Below are positions 9,831 to 19,595 of a stretch of DNA of 50,411 bases, one piece after another; positions within the stretch are counted from its first letter, which is position 1, and the number at the start of each line of letters is the position of its first letter. The translations under genes and the position numbers were made by a program. This DNA is from Dehalococcoidia bacterium (GTDB taxonomy: Bacteria > Chloroflexota > Dehalococcoidia > GIF9 > AB-539-J10), in the NCBI GenBank assembly GCA_003552465.1, contig PULQ01000053.1:1-50411 (forward strand), in the 5' to 3' direction. The notes under the pieces were generated by a model. It was not told the DNA's origin, ran no database searches, and saw nothing but the letters and a program-made list of their open reading frames with translations.

Positions 9831-12383
9831 CTAGTCAAGGTCTTCCAGCAGGAAGAACCATCGGTCTCTCTCGTCGGGGTAGGCCTCGAACGCGGCCAGC
9901 CTGACCCAGTTGAGGGCGAAGCTGTAGTCGTCCAGGTAGTAGGGACCGGCGCCGACCCACAGGTGGTTCAACTCGCCGACGAAGTCCTTCAGGTTGTCCA
10001 TGCGCACGTCGACCTCGGCAGCGAAGCTGCCCAGGCCTGCAGCGCCATACTGGGCGTTGATGAACTCGTAGTACGGCACATTATCGTCGGAGTAGGCAGT
10101 GGCAGCGCGTATGCCGTCGAGGGAGCCGACCAACGCGCCCAACTGGACGTCCCTGTTAAGGAAGTTAATCCAGCCGAGAGGCAGAGGCTGGCCCTTCAGC
10201 TCACCGAAGGCCATCTCGCCGGCGCGCTCGCCGCGGATACCGAGGGCAAGGGTATGCCAGTAGCCGTTACCCTGCGCGTAGTTGGGGTACATGTTGGTGA
10301 CCATGCGCTCGGCGTCCATCTCCCAGAGCTTGGACCAGGTCTCGACCTTCAGGCCGAAGTCATCCGCCGCCCCACCCACGGTGAACTTGATCCCGATGGT
10401 GTTGGCGTAGGTGCTGGCCAGAGCGGTTCTTGCTGCCGAATCAAACATCGGGTTCACGTCCTCGCCCTGACCGCGGTCGAAGGGGATAATATAGCCGTAG
10501 AGGAAGTCGGCGTAGGAGAGCGGGCTGCCGCAGTGCAGCGGGTGGTCCCAGATGTCCTCAGGGAAGTAGGCGACCGAGTAGCGGTCGACCACTGCTGTGT
10601 CGAGGCCCCACTCCGCATCGGGATCGGCAAGCGCCTCAGCCACGGTGACGATCGACTGCGTCTCCCAGTCCCAGGCACGCCAGGCGTCGTCGGGAGCGGT
10701 GATGGTTTCCTCGAAGTCCAGCGTCACCCAGGGATTGGTCTGGATGGCGGGCAGACCCTCGGTGATGGTAACCTCGGCACGGTCGATGCGTCCATCCCAG
10801 CGCAGTCCGTCGCGCGGGTCGGGGTGCGTGCCCATGTCGCCGGTGGCCCTGATCGGGAACATGTCGTAGACGGTGTTGGAGCCGGCGATCGGGTTCCAGG
10901 GCTCGACCAGCAGGTCGTGCATGCCTACCCGCATATGTCCGCCGAAGACGGGGCTGCTTTCGCGGAAGTGCGCGGTCAGGGCCCACGTCCAGGAACCGTA
11001 GATGCCGCCCGCGCCGTCCGCCGCCAGATCAACATTGGTCCTGAGCGGCGAGAAGCCGCGGGTGTCGGTCAGCTGGATCATGCCGTACTTCATGTGTGTC
11101 GGCAGGGCTATCTCGTACAGCGCGTCGCGCTCCTCAAAGCTGGTAAACAGAAGCCAAGCGAGCGCCCAGGCTGCATCGTAGTAGTCGTCTGGAACCTCGA
11201 GGTACTTGAAGGCCGGAATACCGGCTTCCCAGAAGGGGCTGTTGAAGTAGAGGAACCAGTAACCCGAGTCACGGGCGAGCACGGTGGATACCCACCCGCC
11301 GGTGTACATGCTCCAGTCACCACCCTGAATAGCCGACTCGACGTTGGCCAGACCGGACAGAGTGGCTGCCATGTCGCCCTTGAAGGGGGGGGCATCGAAG
11401 CCCATGGTCCGGAGTTGGGCCACGACATAGTCACCTATCTCGTCGCGAATGGGGTCGTCGTCCCTGATGGCGATTATCATGCGGATCGGCTCGCCGTCGT
11501 AGAGCCACCCGTCATCGGCACTGCCGGTGATGTCGCCGGGAGCGATTTCGTCGATCGCGGCCATCGTTGCGTTGAGCCAGTCCATGCCCTCTACCGGGTC
11601 GTACTCATACAGGTCCTCGAGGGCAGCGATGCTGGCATCCGCGGAGATGTAGGTGTCGTCGTAGTACCTGGCGTAGTCCGCAAGCTGGGTGTGCTGGCTG
11701 GTGTACCTCGGCCAGGCCAGGCCGGCCATAATCTCGCTGGCGATGAACTCGCGGTCGATGAACTTGTTAAAGACCTCGTTCATCGTGCGCACGCCCTCCG
11801 GGAAGTCGAACGAGTAGAAGGGGTTGACCATGCCATCGGTGAACTCAGGTCCGTAGGTGTTCGGCCGCATCGTATTGAACGAGCCGATGCTGCTCTTGAA
11901 GTAGAGATCCGGGTCCGCCTCCACCATTTCGAAGAGCTCCACATCGTCGAGGGTGTGGGCGTACACGTCATAATCGCCCGCCTGCAGCCTCAAAATTGCT
12001 GTGGACCCTAACGGCTGCTTCTCGATGGTTATGTAGTCGAGCCAGAATCCTTCGGTCCTCTCTTCCACGAAGTTGGCGGTGATGGTGGCGTCGCGGCTCG
12101 GCATGATGAAGGTGGCGCTTGCGCTGAACGCGTCAGGCTCGAAGAAGCCTGCAGTCGCGGTCCACCTGTCGAACGACCAGCCTTCGTTGGCTGTCGCCTG
12201 CACCGGGACCTCCTCATCCGGTTCGAAGGGCGATGTACCGGTGATGGACACCGTTCCCGCGCCCTCGGGCTCCACCGCGGTGGTCAGCTCAAAGGGACCT
12301 TCCACCTCGGGGGCACAGCCCGGGATCACCATTGCAGCTATGATTATCGCTGCAAGGAGAGGCATTAAAAACCTCTTTGCCAT
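9831..12383 (-). CDS. oppA: ABC transporter family-5 solute-binding lipoprotein with InlB B-repeat-like domain
   Basis: 850 aa; signal peptide plus VIPGC; GWSFDRW...ITANF repeat domain; first gene of the opp operon; RBS AGGAGG. Confidence 0.87.
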   Translation of the reverse strand: MAKRFLMPLLAAIIIAAMVIPGCAPEVEGPFELTTAVEPEGAGTVSITGTSPFEPDEEVPVQATANEGWSFDRWTATAGFFEPDAFSASATFIMPSRDATITANFVEERTEGFWLDYITIEKQPLGSTAILRLQAGDYDVYAHTLDDVELFEMVEADPDLYFKSSIGSFNTMRPNTYGPEFTDGMVNPFYSFDFPEGVRTMNEVFNKFIDREFIASEIMAGLAWPRYTSQHTQLADYARYYDDTYISADASIAALEDLYEYDPVEGMDWLNATMAAIDEIAPGDITGSADDGWLYDGEPIRMIIAIRDDDPIRDEIGDYVVAQLRTMGFDAPPFKGDMAATLSGLANVESAIQGGDWSMYTGGWVSTVLARDSGYWFLYFNSPFWEAGIPAFKYLEVPDDYYDAAWALAWLLFTSFEERDALYEIALPTHMKYGMIQLTDTRGFSPLRTNVDLAADGAGGIYGSWTWALTAHFRESSPVFGGHMRVGMHDLLVEPWNPIAGSNTVYDMFPIRATGDMGTHPDPRDGLRWDGRIDRAEVTITEGLPAIQTNPWVTLDFEETITAPDDAWRAWDWETQSIVTVAEALADPDAEWGLDTAVVDRYSVAYFPEDIWDHPLHCGSPLSYADFLYGYIIPFDRGQGEDVNPMFDSAARTALASTYANTIGIKFTVGGAADDFGLKVETWSKLWEMDAERMVTNMYPNYAQGNGYWHTLALGIRGERAGEMAFGELKGQPLPLGWINFLNRDVQLGALVGSLDGIRAATAYSDDNVPYYEFINAQYGAAGLGSFAAEVDVRMDNLKDFVGELNHLWVGAGPYYLDDYSFALNWVRLAAFEAYPDERDRWFFLLEDLD

Positions 12384-12530
12384 TGTCTTTTTACCTCCTA
12401 TAGTATTGGTTTCTTTCTTCTCTCATCACAAACGAACTCTATCGTATGCTCCCACCTCCCTTTCTCATTCTTCTGCGCAGTTGCCCGACCTGCCGGCGCT
12501 TATCTTCCTGCCCGCTGCCGGCTTTCTCAA

Positions 12531-12572
12531 CCGGATTGCTTCGTCCCGATGTCATCGGGACTCGCAATGGCG
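12531..12572. repeat. REP-like palindrome in the oppA leader
   Basis: GGATTGCTTCGTCCCGATGTCATCGGGACTCGCAATG, homologous to 908-952. Confidence 0.75.
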
Positions 12573-12762
12573 GGCGGCGGGCCCGACAGGGCCGGCGACC
12601 GCTCTACTGATCCTTCTTTCACTTCTGTGGAACCGGGTGGCCTCTCACCTCTCCCGGCAACCTCTAGCTGGAGAGTACTCTGCACCGGGTTCGGTTCCCG
12701 GCCCGGCCCTGCTCCGGCAGAAGCTTCCGAAAGACCTCGACCTCACGATAACGGTAACATAC

Positions 12763-12782
12763 AAATGTTAAAATCCTGTTAA
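12763..12782 (-). promoter_or_regulatory. TTAACA-N5-TTAACA box (copy 2)
   Basis: TTAACAGGATTTTAACATTT, identical to 34812-34831. Confidence 0.75.
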
Positions 12783-12879
12783 TTTTTGGGGATCTCACGA
12801 AAAACCGCCTGGCTCTAGCAACCACATCTTCTGTTCCGCAGCCCTCCGCTGTAAGGAGGGTCCCTCTTCGGGACTGATG

Positions 12880-12908
12880 ATTATGCACAGCCGCCGTTTT
12901 TCTGTCAA
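12880..12908 (-). promoter_or_regulatory. Sigma70-type promoter upstream of oppA
   Basis: TTGACA-17 nt-CATAAT. Confidence 0.7.
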
Positions 12909-13015
12909 GTCCGGTGCCGTCGCGCAGGCCCTACCGCACCAGGTCGGCGGACGGACCCTATCCTTTGCGGCTGCCTCGCGGGGGCACCGGACACCTCGCC
13001 GCAACCCCCTGCCTG

Positions 13016-14116
13016 CTAGGAACGGGGCTGCCAGCTAAGGAAGGGATAGGTCTCGCCCTCGACCATGTTCCATGTATATGCCGTGTTGCGGCGGCCGGGG
13101 CCGTCCACGGCTCTTATGCTCCAGCCCTCGTAGGTGGCGGGATCCATCATCTCGGCCGTGGTGAGCCCGGTGGCATCTCCCGCCGTGCCACCCTGCCCGC
13201 TGGTCTCGACGTCCCAGTAGTTGCCGGTCATCTTGTAGCCACCATCGGTGACCACGCTTCCCGCAAAGCCGTGTTCGGCAGGACCCTCCTCATCCGGGAA
13301 GTGCACGCTCCCGGTCGAGTAGCAGTTCACTATCATCCCTTCGAGGTTTCTCCCGACGAACCCGCCGAAATTTACGTTGCGGCCACGGGCACGGGTGACG
13401 CTGCCGGTGGCATACGAATCTCTAACCGTTGCGTGGCCATTCATTCCGACCAGGCCGCCCGCAACCATGACACCGGTGACGCTGGCGTCGGAATAGGAGT
13501 TGCTGACGGTGGCACCATAGCCATTGCCGCCGAGCAGTCCGCCCACGCCGGAGTGACCGATAACGCTGCCGGTCGAGTAGGAGTTGCTAACGCTACCCAG
13601 GTTCATGGAGGCCAGCACACCGACGCTGAAATGACCGGTCACGTTGGCGCCCACGATACCGAGATCGCGGACCGCCGCTCCCTCGCCCACGATGCCGAAG
13701 AGCCCGACCGTGTTCTCATCGGAGCGGCCTATGAACAGGTCCCTGATCTCGTGACCGCCTCCGTCGAACGTCCCGTCAAACGGTTCGCCGACGATCCCTT
13801 CCTCCAAAAAATGCGCCTGCCCGATCGGTTCCCAGCCCCTTCCGTCGTTGGCGGTGGGGCCGGCCACTTCATCGTAGCCGGCAGTGGTTGAGTCGAGATC
13901 CTGAACAAGCAGATAACTGCCGGCCAGGTCGTCTCTAACCCGGTTCAGGTCATGCCAGTCCCGGATCCTGACGGTGTCGCTATCAACCAGTTGCGGGACG
14001 AGCACGGCGGCTACGACGACCACCGCGGCACAGGCGGCGATGATCCCGACCAGCCTCTTCTTGCTTCTCTTGCTGTCTCTGCGTGTTTCCCTTTTCTTCA
14101 TAAACCCTTCTATCAA
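13016..14116 (-). CDS. GLUG-motif surface protein with N-terminal membrane anchor
   Basis: Repeated VGGLLG/AGGLVG/FGGFVG units, FDGTFDGGG, YWDVETSGQ, YPFLSWQ. Confidence 0.85.
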   Translation of the reverse strand: MIEGFMKKRETRRDSKRSKKRLVGIIAACAAVVVVAAVLVPQLVDSDTVRIRDWHDLNRVRDDLAGSYLLVQDLDSTTAGYDEVAGPTANDGRGWEPIGQAHFLEEGIVGEPFDGTFDGGGHEIRDLFIGRSDENTVGLFGIVGEGAAVRDLGIVGANVTGHFSVGVLASMNLGSVSNSYSTGSVIGHSGVGGLLGGNGYGATVSNSYSDASVTGVMVAGGLVGMNGHATVRDSYATGSVTRARGRNVNFGGFVGRNLEGMIVNCYSTGSVHFPDEEGPAEHGFAGSVVTDGGYKMTGNYWDVETSGQGGTAGDATGLTTAEMMDPATYEGWSIRAVDGPGRRNTAYTWNMVEGETYPFLSWQPRS

Positions 14117-14245
14117 CGAGCCTTCGCAGCCGACACTGGAGACTTCCCCTCAACCAGGCCCGCAAACATACCTTAACTTATCAGGCAGCCCGAGTCAACC
14201 GCGCGCTCCGCACCGCCCGCGGGGGGAGCGAGACCCCGGCGCCAG

Positions 14246-16225
14246 TCAGGGCGATGGTTGAGGCCGCTGATCGAGTTCGCCGCCCGCGGATGTGGCTAGA
14301 AACTCGAGTTCCGGCGGGCAGAAATCGCCCCGCCAGTTGTTATCAAAGACGTTGTCCTTGCCGGATATGTGCCCGCCGAAGGGCAGGAATACCCCCGTGA
14401 AACAGCGGTGCGAGTATACGGCCACGCCGTATCCCCTGTTGCCCGAGATCTCGTTGCCCTCCAATACCGCCTGAGACGAGTCCCAGAGGACGATCCCTCC
14501 ATCCAACCGGCTCCCGGTAACGTAGCTGTCGACAACCGTGAGATATGCCGAGTTTGCAGCCACGATCCCATAGTCAACATGATCCATCACCAGGCAGCCG
14601 GTGACCGTCGCACTGGACGCACCGCCAACAAATAACCCGCTACGGGCGTTACCCACGATGCTGCAATCGGTCATCTCGACCGAGGATGAATAGGACAGGT
14701 GCAGACCCTGAGTGTTTCCGGTGATGGTACAACCGACCAGTTCGGCCCTGGCTCCGGCAGCGAGCGACAAGCCGGTGGAGCCGCCGCTAACGGTGACCCC
14801 CTCCAGGCGAAGGTCGGCCCCGTCGACCAGCGAGAGGACGGGCAGCGTCTCTCTACTACCGATGATGTTGACATCGCCCTGCAAGGCCTCGAAGGCGACC
14901 CCGGTTGTTATCGTCAGACCTGCATCATAGTTCCCGGGTTCGAGCCTGAGGCTGCCTCCCGGGAGCAGCGCATCGACGGCCTCCTGGAGAGAGGCGAAGC
15001 GTTCATCGGGCCAGTCTATAACGTCTTCCACGGGCTCCACGAGCGGGAGCCGGAGAGCCCCGGGCACGTTTCCCCCGAGATCGATAGCGTTATCGAGGAA
15101 CCGGTTGCCCTGACCGGTGACCTCGCCGGTCGAACCGGAGAACACCCCGTAATCCTCGCTGTTCTCGACCCGGCAACCTTCTACCTGCGCGGTCGCGGCA
15201 CCGCGAAGGTTAATGCCGCGCCTGTTGAATGCCAGCAGGGAGTCGGTAGCGGTGGCGTGGGCGGAGTCTTCGACCCTGATTCCGTCAAACCTGTTTCTCG
15301 ATATCTCGCCATCGTTAACCGTCGCGCGGGCCGAAGCTGTGAGTACGATCCCCTGCCAGTTCGCTATGACCTGGCTCCGGGCAAGCTCCACCGTAGCCAG
15401 GTCCTCGACCCTGATGCCATGGGCGCTGTTCCGGGCCACCTCGCTCCTCAGCAACTGCGCCTGGCTCTGACCGGACAGCGACAGCCCGGCTATCCCGTTG
15501 TTGGAGATAGAGCCGTCGATGACGGTGACACGGGTATCATCTCGCAGGAACAGACCGTGCCCGCCATTGCGGGAGACCTGGCTATCGCGGAGCGTTATCT
15601 CCACAGAGTCGGAGGCCCAGATACCTAACCCCCTGTTCTCCGACACGCGCGAGTCATCAACCTCGACCCGGGCCGAGTCGAGCAGGACCATGGCCCTCTG
15701 CCGGCAATCGAAGATCGAGGAGTTACTGAGAGTCAGATGGGCCGAATCAGAGACCTGTATCCCGTACAGCATCCCTGAGACGCGACATTCACTGAGTTCC
15801 ACAGCAGCCGTACCGCCGATGGTAATCCCGGTGTGCCCCAAATCCCCCGAAACACTCAGTCTCTTCAACTGCACCGTGATCGACTGGTCATTCACGCCGG
15901 TTATGTCTACTGCGGGCAGGTGGAATTGATCCTGTGCTATGGCAGTTCTTCCGGAACCCCGCCCGACCAGCGTGAGCGATTTGGTGATGACAAGGCTCTC
16001 GGTCCACTCACCCCGGTCGAGGCAGATAACATCTCCCGCCCGGGCGGCGTCGATCGCGGCCTGGATCGACTCGCCGGGCCGGACGATTGCCACGCAGTCG
16101 GGATGGGGGTCCTGCCAGGGGCGTGAGGCGAGAAGTCCGGCAGCAAGCCCGATGACCAGCACCACTGCCACGATGCGCCACAGGCGCGGCCTGCGTTGCG
16201 CCGGAGGTGTAGGTCTCTCTTCCAT
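14246..16225 (-). CDS. Right-handed parallel beta-helix repeat (NosD/pectin-lyase-like) surface protein
   Basis: PGESIQAAIDAA and SLQEAVDA starts, many N-x-x-x-GI repeats, N-terminal TM. Confidence 0.85.
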   Translation of the reverse strand: MEERPTPPAQRRPRLWRIVAVVLVIGLAAGLLASRPWQDPHPDCVAIVRPGESIQAAIDAARAGDVICLDRGEWTESLVITKSLTLVGRGSGRTAIAQDQFHLPAVDITGVNDQSITVQLKRLSVSGDLGHTGITIGGTAAVELSECRVSGMLYGIQVSDSAHLTLSNSSIFDCRQRAMVLLDSARVEVDDSRVSENRGLGIWASDSVEITLRDSQVSRNGGHGLFLRDDTRVTVIDGSISNNGIAGLSLSGQSQAQLLRSEVARNSAHGIRVEDLATVELARSQVIANWQGIVLTASARATVNDGEISRNRFDGIRVEDSAHATATDSLLAFNRRGINLRGAATAQVEGCRVENSEDYGVFSGSTGEVTGQGNRFLDNAIDLGGNVPGALRLPLVEPVEDVIDWPDERFASLQEAVDALLPGGSLRLEPGNYDAGLTITTGVAFEALQGDVNIIGSRETLPVLSLVDGADLRLEGVTVSGGSTGLSLAAGARAELVGCTITGNTQGLHLSYSSSVEMTDCSIVGNARSGLFVGGASSATVTGCLVMDHVDYGIVAANSAYLTVVDSYVTGSRLDGGIVLWDSSQAVLEGNEISGNRGYGVAVYSHRCFTGVFLPFGGHISGKDNVFDNNWRGDFCPPELEFLATSAGGELDQRPQPSP

Positions 16226-16450
16226 CCAGTCTATGACTCCTGAGACTCCGGCCTGCGAGCTAATGCGGGCGACTTACCGGAATCAACATACTTCTCTATC
16301 GTTACGCCGGTTAGACACGGCCTAAACGACACAGAATTATAGCATCCCACACAGGCGGCGGGCCAAAAGCCATATCATGTTATGAGTAAGCGAGGTTTAT
16401 CACCACCGGGCGAAACTGGTAGAATATCAGATAGAGGAGACCTGCAGTAT

Positions 16451-17131
16451 ATGAGCAAGAGCAAGAGAAGAGCACCTGCGCGCAGAGCGAAGCCTGAGGC
16501 GCCAAGATTCAGGAACCGGAGGGTAATCGCGATCATCGCGGGCACGGCAGCCGTGGCGATTCTGGCGGTGGTGCTGGTTCTGGCCAATTCCGATGTACCG
16601 GAGGACGATGTCGTGGCGACGGTCAACGGTCACCCGATAACAGTTTCGGACGTGGAGCACAGGCAGGCGAGGCACAAAATGCTCTTTGACGAGCAGATCG
16701 ATTCCGACCGGGCCCTTGAACTGCTGATTGACGAGGAGCTGGCCCATCAGCAGGCCGTGCCGGACTACTCGGTGGACCGCGCCGAGGCGGAGCGTGAACT
16801 GGAGGCCGACCTCGATAGAGATGACTTAACGCTGCCGTGGCTCAAGGCACAGCTTGAGGAGAGCGGCATCGTCTACGACGACTACCTTGAGACATTCCGG
16901 AGGGACATGGTGATCAGCATGTATCTCGAAGATGCCATTGCCGTGACGGAGGAAGAGGCAATGGCAGGTTACGAGCAGTATGCCAGAGAATACGAGATGG
17001 CCACCGGTATGGAGCCCCCGCCATACGAGGAGGTGAGGGCTCAGATCATCGCCGAGCTGGAGCGGCAGAACCTCGGCATTCTTGTAAGCAGGCTCAGGCA
17101 AGAGGCCGATATCGTGAGATACACGGAATGA
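16451..17131 (+). CDS. SurA N-terminal-domain chaperone-like protein, membrane anchored
   Basis: VVATVNGHPIT, ALELLIDEEL, LRQEADI; no PPIase domain; start uncertain (16382 or 16451). Confidence 0.75.
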   Translation: MSKSKRRAPARRAKPEAPRFRNRRVIAIIAGTAAVAILAVVLVLANSDVPEDDVVATVNGHPITVSDVEHRQARHKMLFDEQIDSDRALELLIDEELAHQQAVPDYSVDRAEAERELEADLDRDDLTLPWLKAQLEESGIVYDDYLETFRRDMVISMYLEDAIAVTEEEAMAGYEQYAREYEMATGMEPPPYEEVRAQIIAELERQNLGILVSRLRQEADIVRYTE

Positions 17132-17221
17132 GGACGGCCGCACTGCCCGGTTGAGAGCGCACGGGCACCTGTCCGCTACATGGCTCGTCCAGGGCGAGTC
17201 GTTGTTTGACCGGGAAGGCGG

Positions 17222-17277
17222 AGTTCAAATTTCAAAATCCAAATGCCAAACAAAGTCCAAATGACTGAATATCAAAG
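17222..17277 (+). repeat. Heptamer (NNCAAAN) arm downstream of the four-helix-bundle gene
   Basis: TTCAAAT TTCAAAA TCCAAAT GCCAAAC AAAG TCCAAAT; inverted partner at 17627-17678. Confidence 0.8.
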
Positions 17278-17676
17278 CTAATCCTTCCTGGACAGCAGAA
17301 TCGACGAGAATATCAGACTCAGTTCCTGGGCCTCCTGCAACAACCGCAGACATTCGTCGCGCGTACCTGGATTCGCGTTGGCAAGCATCCTGAGCCAGTG
17401 CTTCGTCTCCTTCGACTCCTTCTTGCAGAGAGCGATCTTGTGCCGGAAGTCTTTCCTGGATTGCGCTCCGTCTGCCTCCATGTAGTTTGCACCGACGCTG
17501 GTCCCGGCCCGTACTAACTGGCCGATAAGTGGAGTGTTGACCGCATCCTGGCGGAGGCCTCTCACAAGCTGGATTATCGCTTCACCGAATCGGGCAGTTC
17601 GCTCCTCAAGATCGTACTCCCTTTTCTCATTTGGATTTTGACATTTGTTTGGCATTTGAGCTTTGTCATTTGTCAT
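17278..17676 (-). CDS. Four helix bundle protein (23S rRNA intervening-sequence protein / bAvd-like family)
   Basis: DLEERT..F, QLVRAGTSVGANYMEA, SRKDFRHKIALCKKESKETKHWL. Confidence 0.92.
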   Translation of the reverse strand: MTNDKAQMPNKCQNPNEKREYDLEERTARFGEAIIQLVRGLRQDAVNTPLIGQLVRAGTSVGANYMEADGAQSRKDFRHKIALCKKESKETKHWLRMLANANPGTRDECLRLLQEAQELSLIFSSILLSRKD

Positions 17677-17771
17677 TCCCGTTATCCTCCGCAGATCCGG
17701 CAGCTATGCCTGCCGATCGCTGGCCTCCGCAGCCCCGAAGAAGAGGCCAACTACCTTGTTACATGCCCGGG

Positions 17772-18191
17772 TCAAAACCCCTGCGGGATGAAGAACACCG
17801 ACTCCTGTGCTCCCCCGTCCCTCATCACCCTCCCTTCCTCCTCGAGGTACTTGAGGTGGGCGGCGGCCTCGCCGAAGGCGAACCATTTTTGCGCCACGGG
17901 GAACGACTCCCAGGAATCGAAGTCGATGTCCCAGGTCATCTGCGATGCGACCTGGAAGACGTTCTGCCTGCCCTTCTCCAGTATTGAGAGCACCTCGTCC
18001 AGCCTGGCCCGGTGGTGCCGGCGCAGTTCGTCGATCCTCGCCCGGTGGTCGCGGATGACGCTGCGGTGGCCGGGCAGCACGAGTTCGACGTCCAGGTCGT
18101 AGACCCTGTCCAGGCTGGCCAGGTATTCGCGCAAGGGATTTCTCCTGTCCGACCAGAGCGATATGTTGGGGGTTATGTCGCCGAGGATGTG
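17772..18191 (-). pseudogene. C-terminal fragment of an MBL-fold metallo-hydrolase
   Basis: HILGDITPNIS...YLASL...VLPGH...FAFGEAAAHLKYL; the N-terminal HxHxDH half is absent and replaced by unrelated sequence. Confidence 0.8.
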
Positions 18192-18678
18192 GGAAAACCG
18201 TGCTATCCACTAACGATGACTGACAGTTATGGCCGTTGTGTGTTGTGTTGCTGGGGATTGAGCCATCCTACCCGTGATCAGGCTGAACTCTGCAGAGGAG
18301 TATGCAAGAGCAGTACCAGGCTCTTGATGGGTTTACTCAGTGAGCAAAAGTGGCGCGGTGAGTTGATCTGTGCATGAGCTAACCAACAAGATCGAACCTG
18401 TACCCAGCAAGAAGGCGGGAGAAGTGTTAACCATGTGCCCGGTCTAAGGCGTGACGCATGTCCCCGGTTGCGTACATGTCGCGACTCCGATCGAGTCGGA
18501 GATCGAGGTGAGGGTGAGCCCCAACTCGCTCCCACCCCCGTGCCCACCCCAGACATCCACACCGGGCCTGCGACCCCCTAAAGACCAGGCACTCCCGAAA
18601 GAAGTCGCCTTCACCTTAACAACTGAGTCTTGATTGCTGTATAATTTGCTGGCAGCAAACACTGAAAGGAGGTGCTTC

Positions 18679-18906
18679 ATGGACAGACTCAAGCAGGCAT
18701 ACATGGATTATGTGGAGGCATGGAAGAATCATCGCAAGAAACAGAGCGAGTACAGTGATGTGCAGCCGCTTGGCTCTCCAGAGCCATTTGATGAGTATCA
18801 CGGTCCCGTGCCAGTCACGGAGGCCGCCGCAGCGGAATTGCTAAAACTCTCCAGAGAGGCACAGCAGAAATACGAGGCTTACCTTGATCTTCTACGTTCG
18901 GAATGA
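18679..18906 (+). CDS. Hypothetical small helical protein (75 aa)
   Basis: TATAAT at about 18640, strong RBS AAGGAGGTG, then MDRLKQAYMDY... Confidence 0.65.
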   Translation: MDRLKQAYMDYVEAWKNHRKKQSEYSDVQPLGSPEPFDEYHGPVPVTEAAAAELLKLSREAQQKYEAYLDLLRSE

Positions 18907-19044
18907 ACCCGGGCTGGATACATCTGCTAGGAGTCTAACAGGAGAACGCCAGTTCCAGGCTCTGGGAGCGACACTACAGCGGTCTGTGCCTCAAACACTC
19001 AACAAGCTCCCTGTATCCACCCTACACGCAGACCGGGCCTCTGA

Positions 19045-19470
19045 ACCACCAGGAAAACCCCGCACTGCCCGAAACGAATGGCCCGTCACTCCTGTAGTGC
19101 GAGGCTTCAGCCTCGCGCCACCCCCCCGAAACGAATCCCTCGTGTTCTAGCAACCGAACGGGCTCCCCGCACCCACCCCACACACGAAAAACGGGACTTT
19201 GAACCTCCCAAAAAAACGCAATGCACAAAACGAATCAGCCCCCCCGTGTAGTGCGAGGCTTCAGCCTCGCGCCACCCCCTTCACTCATCACCGTCCCCGC
19301 ACCCGTTCCTGCTGTCATCGAGAGCCCCAGCATACCCCCCTCTTGTCATCGCGAGGACAGACCTCCCGACTCCGACTTGAGCCGGGGTCGAAGATGCTCG
19401 ATGAAGTCGGCACTCGTTGTAATCGGCACAGTCTGGCCGTGGCGACCCCGCCTCTTCACCACTCACCATT
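19045..19470. repeat. Repeat cluster, partly an inverted homolog of 45600-45960
   Basis: AAACGAAT units, two empty GTAG REPs (19094, 19248) and a TGCCGA-module variant at about 19371-19412 (minus strand). Confidence 0.75.
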
Positions 19471-19595
19471 AACCCTCCGCATCCTGCCCGGCGTGGGTTG
19501 CAGCGCCCCTGTTATGCCCATGAACGTCAGTCTACGAAGGCGTGTAGTACATCGGACGGCCAGATTCGGACCCCTTCACCGGCGGAGACCTCTGT

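Noticed and set aside
9717-12011. Long plus-strand ORFs (764 aa here, 472 aa at 1372-2790, and similar ones elsewhere)
   Set aside because: Antisense shadows of GC-rich genes with clear motifs on the opposite strand
17278-17676. Diversity-generating retroelement (Avd-like gene)
   Set aside because: No reverse transcriptase and no TR/VR pair with adenine-specific mismatches seen; the binding-protein paralog differences are not A-restricted
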